35,619 bases of DNA, taken from NCBI GenBank assembly GCA_919902965.1, contig CAKKSJ010000059.1, forward strand, positions 1-35,619, in the 5' to 3' direction. How positions within the stretch are numbered: the stretch's first letter is position 1; each line of letters begins with the position of its first letter. Below the pieces are notes generated by a model. The model did not search any database, was not told where the DNA came from, and saw nothing but the letters and a program-made list of their open reading frames with translations. Source of the DNA: Burkholderiales bacterium. Its GTDB lineage: Bacteria; Pseudomonadota; Gammaproteobacteria; Burkholderiales; SG8-39. This document shows, in pieces, positions 27,829 through 35,379 of the stretch. The position numbers and the translations under genes are program-made.

Positions 27829-28692
27829 ATGAAATACGCCTTATACCTGGGCTGTGCAACGCCGGTCAGGGCCCTGAAATACGAAATATCGACCAGAAAC
27901 GTGGCCAAACGTCTGGGCATAGAACTCGTCGACCTTCCTGAATTCAGCTGCTGCGGGTTTCCGGTCAAGTCTATGGATCTGTTTGCCGCGCTGCTCATGG
28001 CTGCCCGCAATCTCGCCCTGGCGGAAGAGCGCGGTCTGGACATCATAGGCTTGTGCACCGGATGCGTAGCGGTCCTGTCGGAAGCGAAACTGCAATTGGA
28101 AGATGAGAAGCTGAGGGACAGGGTCAACGAGAAGCTGAAGACGCTGGGAGTACCGGAATACCGCCAGGGGGTCGGCGTCAAGCATTTTGCGAGATTCTTG
28201 AACGAGGATTACGGACTTGATGCGCTGAGCAAAGAGATCGGCGCCCCGTTAAAGTCTTTGAAGTTTGGCATTCATTATGGCTGCCATTATGCGAAGCCGA
28301 GCCATGCGCATGATCACTTTGATGACCCGTCAAACCCTGTCTCGCTTGACAAACTGATACAGGGCGCCGGCGCAGAGACGATCGACTACCCGGAGAAAAA
28401 CCTCTGCTGCGGCCTGACGATCCGGGGCGCAGCCGAAGATGTAAGCGTGAAGCTCGCCGCGGAAAAGCTCGAAGCCCTGTCGAACAGAGGGGCCGACGCC
28501 ATGGTGGTCGCTTGTCCCTCCTGCTGCATTGCCTATGAAAACAATCAACAGCTGGCCGGAAGAAAAATGGGAAAAGAATTCAAGCTCCCGGTCGTTTATT
28601 TTACCCAGGTACTCGGCTGTGCCCTGGGGCTGAAGGAAGAGGATCTCGGGTTTGAGTTCAACCGGGTTGAATTTCACCCGGCTGCGCGCTAA
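27829..28692 (+). CDS. heterodisulfide reductase subunit B-like protein with two CCG domains
   Basis: 287 aa with two Cys-rich CCG repeats (GC...SCCGFP...CTGC and GCHY...LCCGL...CPSCC). Confidence 0.8.
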   Translation: MKYALYLGCATPVRALKYEISTRNVAKRLGIELVDLPEFSCCGFPVKSMDLFAALLMAARNLALAEERGLDIIGLCTGCVAVLSEAKLQLEDEKLRDRVNEKLKTLGVPEYRQGVGVKHFARFLNEDYGLDALSKEIGAPLKSLKFGIHYGCHYAKPSHAHDHFDDPSNPVSLDKLIQGAGAETIDYPEKNLCCGLTIRGAAEDVSVKLAAEKLEALSNRGADAMVVACPSCCIAYENNQQLAGRKMGKEFKLPVVYFTQVLGCALGLKEEDLGFEFNRVEFHPAAR

Positions 28693-28862
28693 AGATCACC
28701 TGCTAGCCTGCAGCTTTTCTTAAAAATCAGCGCTTGCCGTTTGCAGTGGTGAGAGCAGACCCTCCTCGAGCGAATTCCGCCCCCGGAAATCGGGCTTGCA
28801 GTGCAGGCCGCGGGGCGGTATCGTCGCTCGACCTTGCAGTTCGAACCGGCCAATTCTTTCCC

Positions 28863-29765
28863 ATGAACGCCCCCGACCACAAGCAATTGGAAAAACAGCG
28901 CTACGAAGCGAACAAGCTGGAGAAACGCCTGTGCCGCCTCGCCGGGCAGGCGATCGCCGATTTCAATATGATCGGCGCGGGCGAGCGCGTCATGGTCTGC
29001 CTGTCCGGCGGCAAGGACAGTTACGGCCTGCTCGACGTACTGTTGAAGCTGCGCGCGCGCGCGCCGGTCGAGTTCGACATCGTCGCCGTGAATCTCGACC
29101 AGAAGCATCCGGGCTATCCGGCGCATGTGCTGCCCGATTACCTGAAGTCGCTGGGCATCGAATTTGTGATCGCGGAGCAGGACACTTATTCGACGGTCAA
29201 GCGCCTGATACCCGAAGGCAAGACCATGTGCTCGCTGTGCTCGCGCCTGCGCCGCGGCGTGCTCTACCGCCTGGCGGGTGAACTCGGCGCCACCAGGATC
29301 GCGCTGGGCCATCATCGCGACGACATCCTGGAAACCTTTTTCCTGAATCTGTTCTTCGGCGGCAAGCTGAAAGCCATGCCGCCGAAGCTCGGCTCGGACG
29401 ACGGCAAGCATGTGGTGATCCGCCCGCTCGCCTATGTGAAAGAAAAAGACCTTGCGCGCTACGCCGAGGCGCGCGCCTTTCCCGTCATACCCTGCGACCT
29501 GTGCGGCTCGCAGGACCAGTTGCAGCGCAAGCAGGTGAAACAACTGCTGCGGCAGTGGGAAAAGGAATTTCCGGGCCGGGTTGAAACCATATTTAACAGC
29601 CTGCAGCGGGTCGCGCCCTCTCACTTGCTGGACCGCACTCTATTTGATTTTCCAGCGGTTTTCGCCACCGGTGTGGTGGTGGATGGCGGAGATAAAGCCT
29701 TTGATGCAGAGGACTTTTCCGCTTTTGCGACCGCCATGCCGAGGCCCACGCCGACAGCCGACTAG
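28863..29765 (+). CDS. ttcA: tRNA 2-thiocytidine(32) synthetase
   Basis: The start is set at MNAPDHKQ (ATG 28863). It has the PP-loop CLSGGKDS, the [10 protein letters not shown] and CDLCGSQ Cys motifs, and a HHRDD motif. The antisense 311-aa ORF is rejected. Confidence 0.9.
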   Translation: MNAPDHKQLEKQRYEANKLEKRLCRLAGQAIADFNMIGAGERVMVCLSGGKDSYGLLDVLLKLRARAPVEFDIVAVNLDQKHPGYPAHVLPDYLKSLGIEFVIAEQDTYSTVKRLIPEGKTMCSLCSRLRRGVLYRLAGELGATRIALGHHRDDILETFFLNLFFGGKLKAMPPKLGSDDGKHVVIRPLAYVKEKDLARYAEARAFPVIPCDLCGSQDQLQRKQVKQLLRQWEKEFPGRVETIFNSLQRVAPSHLLDRTLFDFPAVFATGVVVDGGDKAFDAEDFSAFATAMPRPTPTAD

Positions 29766-29784
29766 TCCGGCCATCAATTGCAGT

Positions 29785-29813
29785 TTGTCAAACTCAGTTT
29801 GCCATGCTAGAAT
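29785..29813 (+). promoter_or_regulatory. sigma70-like promoter TTGTCA-17 nt-TAGAAT, placing the transcription start at about the ATG at 29820 (leaderless)
   Basis: Hexamers and the 17-nt spacer were read directly (-35 at 29785-29790, -10 at 29808-29813). The ATG lies 7 nt after the -10 element and no SD is possible. Confidence 0.5.
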
Positions 29814-29819
29814 TTGTGC

Positions 29820-30080
29820 ATGAATTGCGCTGAGCGATTGGTATCGATTTTCGGCAGCCAGGCCGAGGTGGCGCGGCGCTTGCGCCTGGATCGCGCAGTC
29901 GTCAATAACTGGGTCAAGTCCGGTTATGTTCCGGCGCGCTGGGCGATGGAAGTCGAGCATGCCACCGAGGGCAAAGTGGCCGCGGTCGAAGTGCTCAACG
30001 AAGCCAATGCGAAAAAACCGGTTCGAGTCAAATCGCGCCCCGACGATCTGTTCGGGTCGCATCTTCCAGGGAGTGACAGC
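29820..30080 (+). CDS. Cro/YdaS-like (DUF1019-type) HTH segment with no stop codon of its own; reads in frame into the aminotransferase
   Basis: MNCAERLVSIFGSQAEVARRLRLDRAVVNNWVKSGYVPARWAMEVEHATEGKV...RPDDLF resembles YdaS/Cro-type small repressors. There is no stop before ATG 30081. It may be a fusion, a lost stop, or a sequencing issue. Confidence 0.5.
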
Positions 30081-31337
30081 ATGAGCGATTTCGCACCAGC
30101 GAAACGGATTTTTTCCTTCCACCCGCCGCAGCGCACGCTGATGGGGCCCGGACCCTCTGAAATCAACCCGCGCGTAATGGCAGCGATGGGTCTGCCGGCG
30201 ATCGGCTATCTGGATCCGATTTTCGTCGAAATGATGGAAGAACTGAAGTCCTTGCTGCGTTACGCCTATCAGACCAAGAACGCGCTCACGTTTCCCATTT
30301 CGGGCCCGGGTTCGGTAGGCATGGAGTACTGCTTCGTCAATCTGGTTGCTCCGGGTGACAAGGTGGTCGTCTGCAGGAACGGCGTATTCGGCGGGCGCAT
30401 GATAGAGAACGTGCAGCGCGCCGGCGGCACGCCCATCATTGTCGAGGACGCCTGGGGCGAGGCGGTCGATCCGCAGAAACTGGAAGACGCGCTAAAGAAG
30501 AACAAGGACGCGCGCCTGGTGGCGTTCGTGCATGCCGAGACCTCGACCGGTGTGCAGTCCGATGCGAAGACGCTGGTGGAAGTTGCACACAAGCACAAGG
30601 CGCTCGCCATTGTCGATGCCGTGACTTCGCTGGGCGGCACGCCCGTGCTGGTCGACGAATGGAAGATCGACGCGATTTACTCCGCCAGCCAGAAATGCCT
30701 GTCGTGCACGCCGGGTCTGTCGCCGGTTTCCTTCAGCGACCGCGTGGTCGATCACGTCAAGGCGCGCAAGGACAAGATCCACTCCTGGTTCATGGACATG
30801 AACCTGCTGCTCGGCTACTGGGGCGCGACCAACCGCACCTATCACCACACCGCACCGACCAACAGCCTGTACGCGCTGCACGAGGCGCTGCTGATACTCA
30901 AGGAAGAGGGAATAGAAAACGCCTGGGCGCGGCATACGCGCCATCACCTCGCGCTGAAAGCGGGCCTCGAGGCCATGGGCTTGAAATTCCTGGTGAAGGA
31001 AGAGTCGCAGTTGCCGCAGATGAACGCGGTGTACATACCCGAGGCGGCCAAGGCGCGCGAAGCGGAGGTGCGCAAGACCCTGCTGGACGAATTTAACCTC
31101 GAGATCGGCGCCGGCCTGGGGCCGCTTGCCGGCAAAATCTGGCGCATCGGCCTCATGGGCTATTCATGCAAGCCGGAGAACGTGATGCTGTGCCTTTCTG
31201 CGCTCGGTTCGGTGCTCTCGGACATGGGCTTGCCGATCCACGTGGGCGACGCCGAAGCGGCCGCGCACAGCGCCTACGCCGCGCTGCATGCAACGGCGGC
31301 GAAGCAGAAGCAACAGCAGAGAAAGCGCGTGGCCTGA
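30081..31337 (+). CDS. class V aminotransferase (serine/alanine-glyoxylate aminotransferase family)
   Basis: AGGGAG lies 7 nt upstream of ATG 30081. It has the LMGPGPSEINPRV N-terminus, a PLP-lysine context (SASQKCL), and the typical AGXT-family length. Confidence 0.85.
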   Translation: MSDFAPAKRIFSFHPPQRTLMGPGPSEINPRVMAAMGLPAIGYLDPIFVEMMEELKSLLRYAYQTKNALTFPISGPGSVGMEYCFVNLVAPGDKVVVCRNGVFGGRMIENVQRAGGTPIIVEDAWGEAVDPQKLEDALKKNKDARLVAFVHAETSTGVQSDAKTLVEVAHKHKALAIVDAVTSLGGTPVLVDEWKIDAIYSASQKCLSCTPGLSPVSFSDRVVDHVKARKDKIHSWFMDMNLLLGYWGATNRTYHHTAPTNSLYALHEALLILKEEGIENAWARHTRHHLALKAGLEAMGLKFLVKEESQLPQMNAVYIPEAAKAREAEVRKTLLDEFNLEIGAGLGPLAGKIWRIGLMGYSCKPENVMLCLSALGSVLSDMGLPIHVGDAEAAAHSAYAALHATAAKQKQQQRKRVA

Positions 31338-31733
31338 GGCGAATTATTTCGCGCGCCGCGCCAACTGACGCGGTGCGCCGAACACGCGGGCATGCGCGGG
31401 GTCTCCTGTGCATCCCACGAGCGTACGCCGCGTCCGCGCAGACGCTGTTCCTATAGCGCTGGTCGAGTGCCATTCCGCATTGTGAAAAACGGCGGAGCGC
31501 ATCTTTCGGGCAAATTATTGCGTTCGATCAATGCTCCGAAATAGCAAAGCCTGTATCAAGCTAGCTTGAGTTTGCAGATCAGGCCGGCGGGCACTGGAAT
31601 GGTGTGTCACAGTTTGCGCCGCTACCACCGGTTGAACAACACCCTGGACCTGAACCGCACTGGGACCGAAGCCGCGACCCGGATTCGACCTCCCTGACAT
31701 TTTTTCCACATGACCGGAAAGAGGAGTTTCTTT

Positions 31734-32801
31734 ATGGCTAGCATCTACAAGATACTGATCATGGGCGCGTCCTATGGTTCCTTGCTGGGAACCAAGCTGG
31801 CGCTTGCCGGACATACGGTGAAGCTGGTGTGTCTTCCCGCAGAGGCGGAGCTGATCAACCAGGAAGGCGCCATCGTGCGCCTGCCGGTCAAAGGCCGCGC
31901 GGGCCTGGTTGAAATCAATTCGAAGAAACTGTCCGGACAACTGTCTGCCGGCGGTACCACGGCATTCAATCCTGCCGATTTCGATCTGGTCGCATTGGCC
32001 ATGCAGGAGCCGCAGTATCGTTCGCCTGGCGTGCGTGAACTGCTCGATGCGGTCGCGAAAGCCAAAGTTCCCTGCATGTCGATCATGAACATACCGCCGC
32101 TGCCCTATCTGGCGCGTATTCCCGGCCTCGATCCCGCCGCGTGCAGGGGCTGCTATACCGATCCCACCGTGTGGGACAACTTTGATCCCAAGCTGATGAC
32201 CCTGTGCAGCCCGGATCCGCAGGCATTTCGCCCGCCGGAGGAAAAGATCAACGTGCTGCAGGTCAGGCTGCCGACCAATTTCAAATCGGCCCGCTTCGAT
32301 TCGGACGTACACACCGCCATCCTGCGCCAGCTGGAGTCGGATATCGAGGCGGTGCGCTTCGACGCGGGCGACGGCAAGATCGAACTGCCGGTCAAGCTCA
32401 AGGTGCACGATTCCATTTTTGTGCCGCTGGCGAAATGGAGCATGCTGCTAGCCGGGAACTACCGCTGTGTGCAGAAGGACGGGATGATCCCGATCAAGGA
32501 TGCGGTGCACGGCGACATAGATGCATCGCGCGCGGTCTACAACTGGGTGGTGAAGTTGTGCCTGTCCATGGGTGCGGACGAGAAAGACCTCGTGCCGTTT
32601 GAAAAATACGCCGCCGCGGCGCAATCGCTGGGGAGTCCGTCCTCCGCAGCGCGGGCCCTGGCTGCGGGCGTGCCCAATATCGAGCGCACGGACCGCCTGG
32701 TGCAGACCATCGCCGCACAGAAAGGCATGCACTCCGATGTGGTCGACCGCACCGTCGCCTTGGTCGACGGCTGGCTGGAGAAGAATCGGAGCAAAGCCTG
32801 A
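31734..32801 (+). CDS. NAD(P)-binding ketopantoate-reductase (ApbA/PanE)-like oxidoreductase; function unknown
   Basis: The start is set at MASIYKILIMGASYGSLLG (a Rossmann GxxxGS-type motif) with AGAGGA upstream. The remainder has no motif I can assign. Confidence 0.55.
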   Translation: MASIYKILIMGASYGSLLGTKLALAGHTVKLVCLPAEAELINQEGAIVRLPVKGRAGLVEINSKKLSGQLSAGGTTAFNPADFDLVALAMQEPQYRSPGVRELLDAVAKAKVPCMSIMNIPPLPYLARIPGLDPAACRGCYTDPTVWDNFDPKLMTLCSPDPQAFRPPEEKINVLQVRLPTNFKSARFDSDVHTAILRQLESDIEAVRFDAGDGKIELPVKLKVHDSIFVPLAKWSMLLAGNYRCVQKDGMIPIKDAVHGDIDASRAVYNWVVKLCLSMGADEKDLVPFEKYAAAAQSLGSPSSAARALAAGVPNIERTDRLVQTIAAQKGMHSDVVDRTVALVDGWLEKNRSKA

Positions 32802-33563
32802 CTACGACTTGCGGCGCTCGTCGCCGAACTCGATGACGAACCGGCCAAGGAGTGCGTCTATACCTTCGGGTTCGCCGAGAAATTTCACGCCGGAGCGCTG
32901 CGCGAGGCTGCCATCGGGCTGCAATACAGATGCGGTGTAGCGCACTTCGACGTCGGCAAGGATCGGTTTGCTGCCAGACATCATTATCTTGCAATCCCTG
33001 AGTATGGTGCCGGGAGCGAGCTTTATTCCCGGGTCATAGATCATGCCGCCCATGCCGCCCCGGCTGATGTCAACGATACGCGCCTCGAACGGCACGACGC
33101 CGGTGCTGTCAGCGATGCAGCGCAGCGATGCGTCCAGAGGGATCTTGAATCGCGGGTGTTCGCGCAGCTGTGATCTGACCAGCGCCTGAGGAAGCGCGAA
33201 CCGAACCGCAGGGTCGCCCGCAAACACGGCTTCCGACGGCGCGGTTGCCGCGAATTCGATGCGCCCCCGCTTGTCGCTTGCGTGAAACACCACGGATAGC
33301 TGCTCCAATAGCGCGGTGTTGGCACGTCGTTCCTCACTGTAGTCGACAACGAAAAATTCCCCGGCCGGGTCGACCTGCAGCAGCCGCGTCAGAAACAGCT
33401 GCCCGGCATCTCCGATTTCGGCCGAAAGCACCGCGCGATCACGGGCGAGCTGCTGCAGGATGCGCGTGATCTCGATGCGGGAACGAAACAGCACCCCGGT
33501 GGCGTGCGCGCCGTCTTCCCGTGTGTGCTCCGAATATACTGCCTTGATCATGTCCGGCCTCAA
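32802..33563 (-). CDS. ycgR: YcgR-like flagellar brake protein (PilZN + PilZ, c-di-GMP binding)
   Basis: An RxxxR-like motif (QLREHPRFKIP) and DISRGGMG (D/NxSxxG) are PilZ signatures. The N-terminal half resembles the YcgR N-domain. The start could be Met5. Confidence 0.7.
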   Translation of the reverse strand: MRPDMIKAVYSEHTREDGAHATGVLFRSRIEITRILQQLARDRAVLSAEIGDAGQLFLTRLLQVDPAGEFFVVDYSEERRANTALLEQLSVVFHASDKRGRIEFAATAPSEAVFAGDPAVRFALPQALVRSQLREHPRFKIPLDASLRCIADSTGVVPFEARIVDISRGGMGGMIYDPGIKLAPGTILRDCKIMMSGSKPILADVEVRYTASVLQPDGSLAQRSGVKFLGEPEGIDALLGRFVIEFGDERRKS

Positions 33564-33623
33564 CTGGCCATAGCATATCCCGGACGCCGCTCGCGCGTGG
33601 CCCCTGGGCTGGCTGCCGGCGGT

Positions 33624-34274
33624 TCATTTTCGCCGCGGCGGCCGGTGATCCTGCAGCTTCTGCGCTTCGCGCTCCAGCGGATCGCGCAGGCGCAGCAGCT
33701 TCGTTTGTTTTTTCGTGACCAGCGGGTAGTGCCGCGCCGCATCCAGCGCCCGGCCTACGTCCCAGCAGCTTTTCTTCTGCGTCACCCAGGTCTTCGGATC
33801 GAGCCGGCGCATGTCGAAAGCGACCGAATAGCTGCGCAGCGTTTTCTGGTGGCGCTTGTTGCAGTACTCATGAAAATAAGACATCGCGAGTTCGCGCAGG
33901 CTGCGGTACACAGGATCGCGCCAGCGCAGCACCGGGTGGTTGGTCTTGGAAATCGCCCCCCAGCAGCCGTTGCGGCGAAACAGCGTCACGATATGGTCGT
34001 AGTCGCGCGTCGCTTTCAGGTCCATCAGCAGCGGCGGTTCCCCCTGCACCCACAAAGCGGCGGCGGCGATCATGGCGCCCTCGATGCACAGCGCGCGGCG
34101 CTGGCTCAGGACTTCGCGCACCGACAGGCAGGTTTCGCCCCCGACCTCGAAGTTCTGCGGAATCGCATCGAGGTAAGTCTGGATTTTATCCGGGGTGTTG
34201 AGGCGCTTAAGGACCGCAAACTCGGCCTTGCTCAGGCCCAGATCCTCGCGCCTGGCAAAACGCCGTTTGTTCAT
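33624..34274 (-). CDS. conserved hypothetical protein (possible Cys/His hydrolase fold)
   Basis: 216 aa from MNKRRFARRED. The ATG overlaps the TGA of the upstream gene (ATGA at 34271-34274). The ORF-track extension to 35141 is rejected. The fold guess rests only on spaced C...H...D residues. Confidence 0.55.
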   Translation of the reverse strand: MNKRRFARREDLGLSKAEFAVLKRLNTPDKIQTYLDAIPQNFEVGGETCLSVREVLSQRRALCIEGAMIAAAALWVQGEPPLLMDLKATRDYDHIVTLFRRNGCWGAISKTNHPVLRWRDPVYRSLRELAMSYFHEYCNKRHQKTLRSYSVAFDMRRLDPKTWVTQKKSCWDVGRALDAARHYPLVTKKQTKLLRLRDPLEREAQKLQDHRPPRRK

Positions 34275-34753
34275 CTCGCCCGCTTGCCGCGCTGCAGCGG
34301 CGCTTTCGGGCGGGCAGGCTTTTTCACGGCTGGGCTTTTTTTCGCGGGTTTCCCAGGGGAGGGCTGTGCAGGCCGGCTCTGGCGCGCGATTTTCCTGGCG
34401 GCCTGCGCCTGGCCGGCCACTTGCTTTTTCGCGTTCGCGCGCAAAGCCGCAGCATAGGCGGTGCGCGCCCAGGGCAGCATCAACTCTGCGGATTCCATCG
34501 CATCTTCCGGTGCGCGAAAGAAATTGAGCGTGGCGCGCCTGCCCTTGCGCGCGTAAGCGAAAATCCCGCAGCCGGCCTGCTCGAACTCGATGCGGTTCAT
34601 TTCGTCGGCCTTGAGGTAGAGGGAGTCCCCGGAGATGATGGCGAACATCAGGCCGTCCAGATATACGCCGTGGCCGCCGAACATGCGGCGCGCCGCGACC
34701 GTGCCGAACGGGCCGAACAACTCCAACACGTAATCGACGAATTCGTCGGACAT
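34271..34753 (-). CDS. TfoX/Sxy N-terminal-domain protein with a Lys/Pro/Ala-rich basic tail
   Basis: RRMFGGHGVYLDGLMFAII is the TfoX_N signature. The C-terminal 50 aa or so are a low-complexity KPA-rich stretch. Confidence 0.7.
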   Translation of the reverse strand: MSDEFVDYVLELFGPFGTVAARRMFGGHGVYLDGLMFAIISGDSLYLKADEMNRIEFEQAGCGIFAYARKGRRATLNFFRAPEDAMESAELMLPWARTAYAAALRANAKKQVAGQAQAARKIARQSRPAQPSPGKPAKKSPAVKKPARPKAPLQRGKRAR

Positions 34754-34857
34754 CGCAAGGTTCCGCCTGCTGTCGAACTCTTGCGGCGCATTGTAGGGCC
34801 TGCAGCCGGTTCAGCCAAGCGCCGCCGCTTTGCGGCTGGCGTGTCCGTAGCGCGCGT

Positions 34858-35379
34858 TCAGGCCGTTGTGACGGGCGGCGCCGAATCCAGGCGCCGCCTG
34901 AAAAGGGGATAGGGCCGCTCCACCGAGGCCTGGTAGGTTTCGCCGAAATCGTCAAAGGCGTGCAGCGCTTTATCGGGATCCTGATCCGCGCGCAGAGCAA
35001 AGGCGTCGAAGCCGCAGCGGGAAAGATAAAAGAGCTGGTCGCGCTGCACGTCGCCGATGGCGCGCAGTTCGCGGCGATAGCCGTAGCGTTCACGCAGCAG
35101 GCGCGCCAGCGAATAGCCGCGGCCGTCGGTGAAGCGAGCAAGGCGGATGGCGATCAGGTGAAAATGCGCCAGATCGGGCGCGATCGCAGCGGGGTCTGCG
35201 TCGGCCTCCAACCAGACGCCGACGCGGCCGAGGCGGAACGACAGCGCGTCGCGCTCCTTCGCCCACAGATCGAGCGGCACGATCACATCGCCGCTGAACG
35301 GCAGCGCCCCAGGCGCATTCTGCTCAAGCAGCTGCCAGCTGTCTTGGATTACGATGCGGTGTTTGATGAGTCGTTGCAT
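34858..35379 (-). CDS. DUF934-family protein (sulfite-reductase-associated)
   Basis: 173 aa. FTDGRGYSLARLLRERYGY...LRAIGDV is the DUF934 core as I recall it. It lies immediately downstream of a sulfite reductase gene. Confidence 0.75.
   Translation of the reverse strand: MQRLIKHRIVIQDSWQLLEQNAPGALPFSGDVIVPLDLWAKERDALSFRLGRVGVWLEADADPAAIAPDLAHFHLIAIRLARFTDGRGYSLARLLRERYGYRRELRAIGDVQRDQLFYLSRCGFDAFALRADQDPDKALHAFDDFGETYQASVERPYPLFRRRLDSAPPVTTA

Noticed and set aside
22988-28692. Interpreting the island as a canonical dissimilatory sulfate-reduction or sulfur-oxidation apr-qmo locus.
   Set aside because: The gene order is A-B and AprB is truncated. QmoA, QmoC/AprM, sat and dsr are absent from the window. 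It is therefore reported as a divergent, uncharacterised system rather than annotated as aprBA-qmoABC.
28689-29624. 311-aa minus-strand ORF opposite ttcA.
   Set aside because: TtcA motifs (PP-loop and Cys pairs) define the plus frame; the antisense translation is featureless.
31518-31531. FNR/CRP-like box TTGCG-TTCG-ATCAA about 200 nt upstream of the gene starting at 31734.
   Set aside because: Only one half-site matches the consensus and the position relative to any promoter is unknown. It is not strong enough to call.
31589-31618. Sigma54-like GGCAC...TTGC elements upstream of the ketopantoate-reductase-like gene.
   Set aside because: The GG-to-GC spacing is 14 or 19 nt rather than the fixed spacing of the -24/-12 consensus.
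34275-35141. Upstream extension of the 505-aa ORF at 33624..35141.
   Set aside because: It overlaps the TfoX-like and DUF934 genes in other frames and is Arg/Pro/Ala-rich. The real gene starts at the ATGA junction at 34274.
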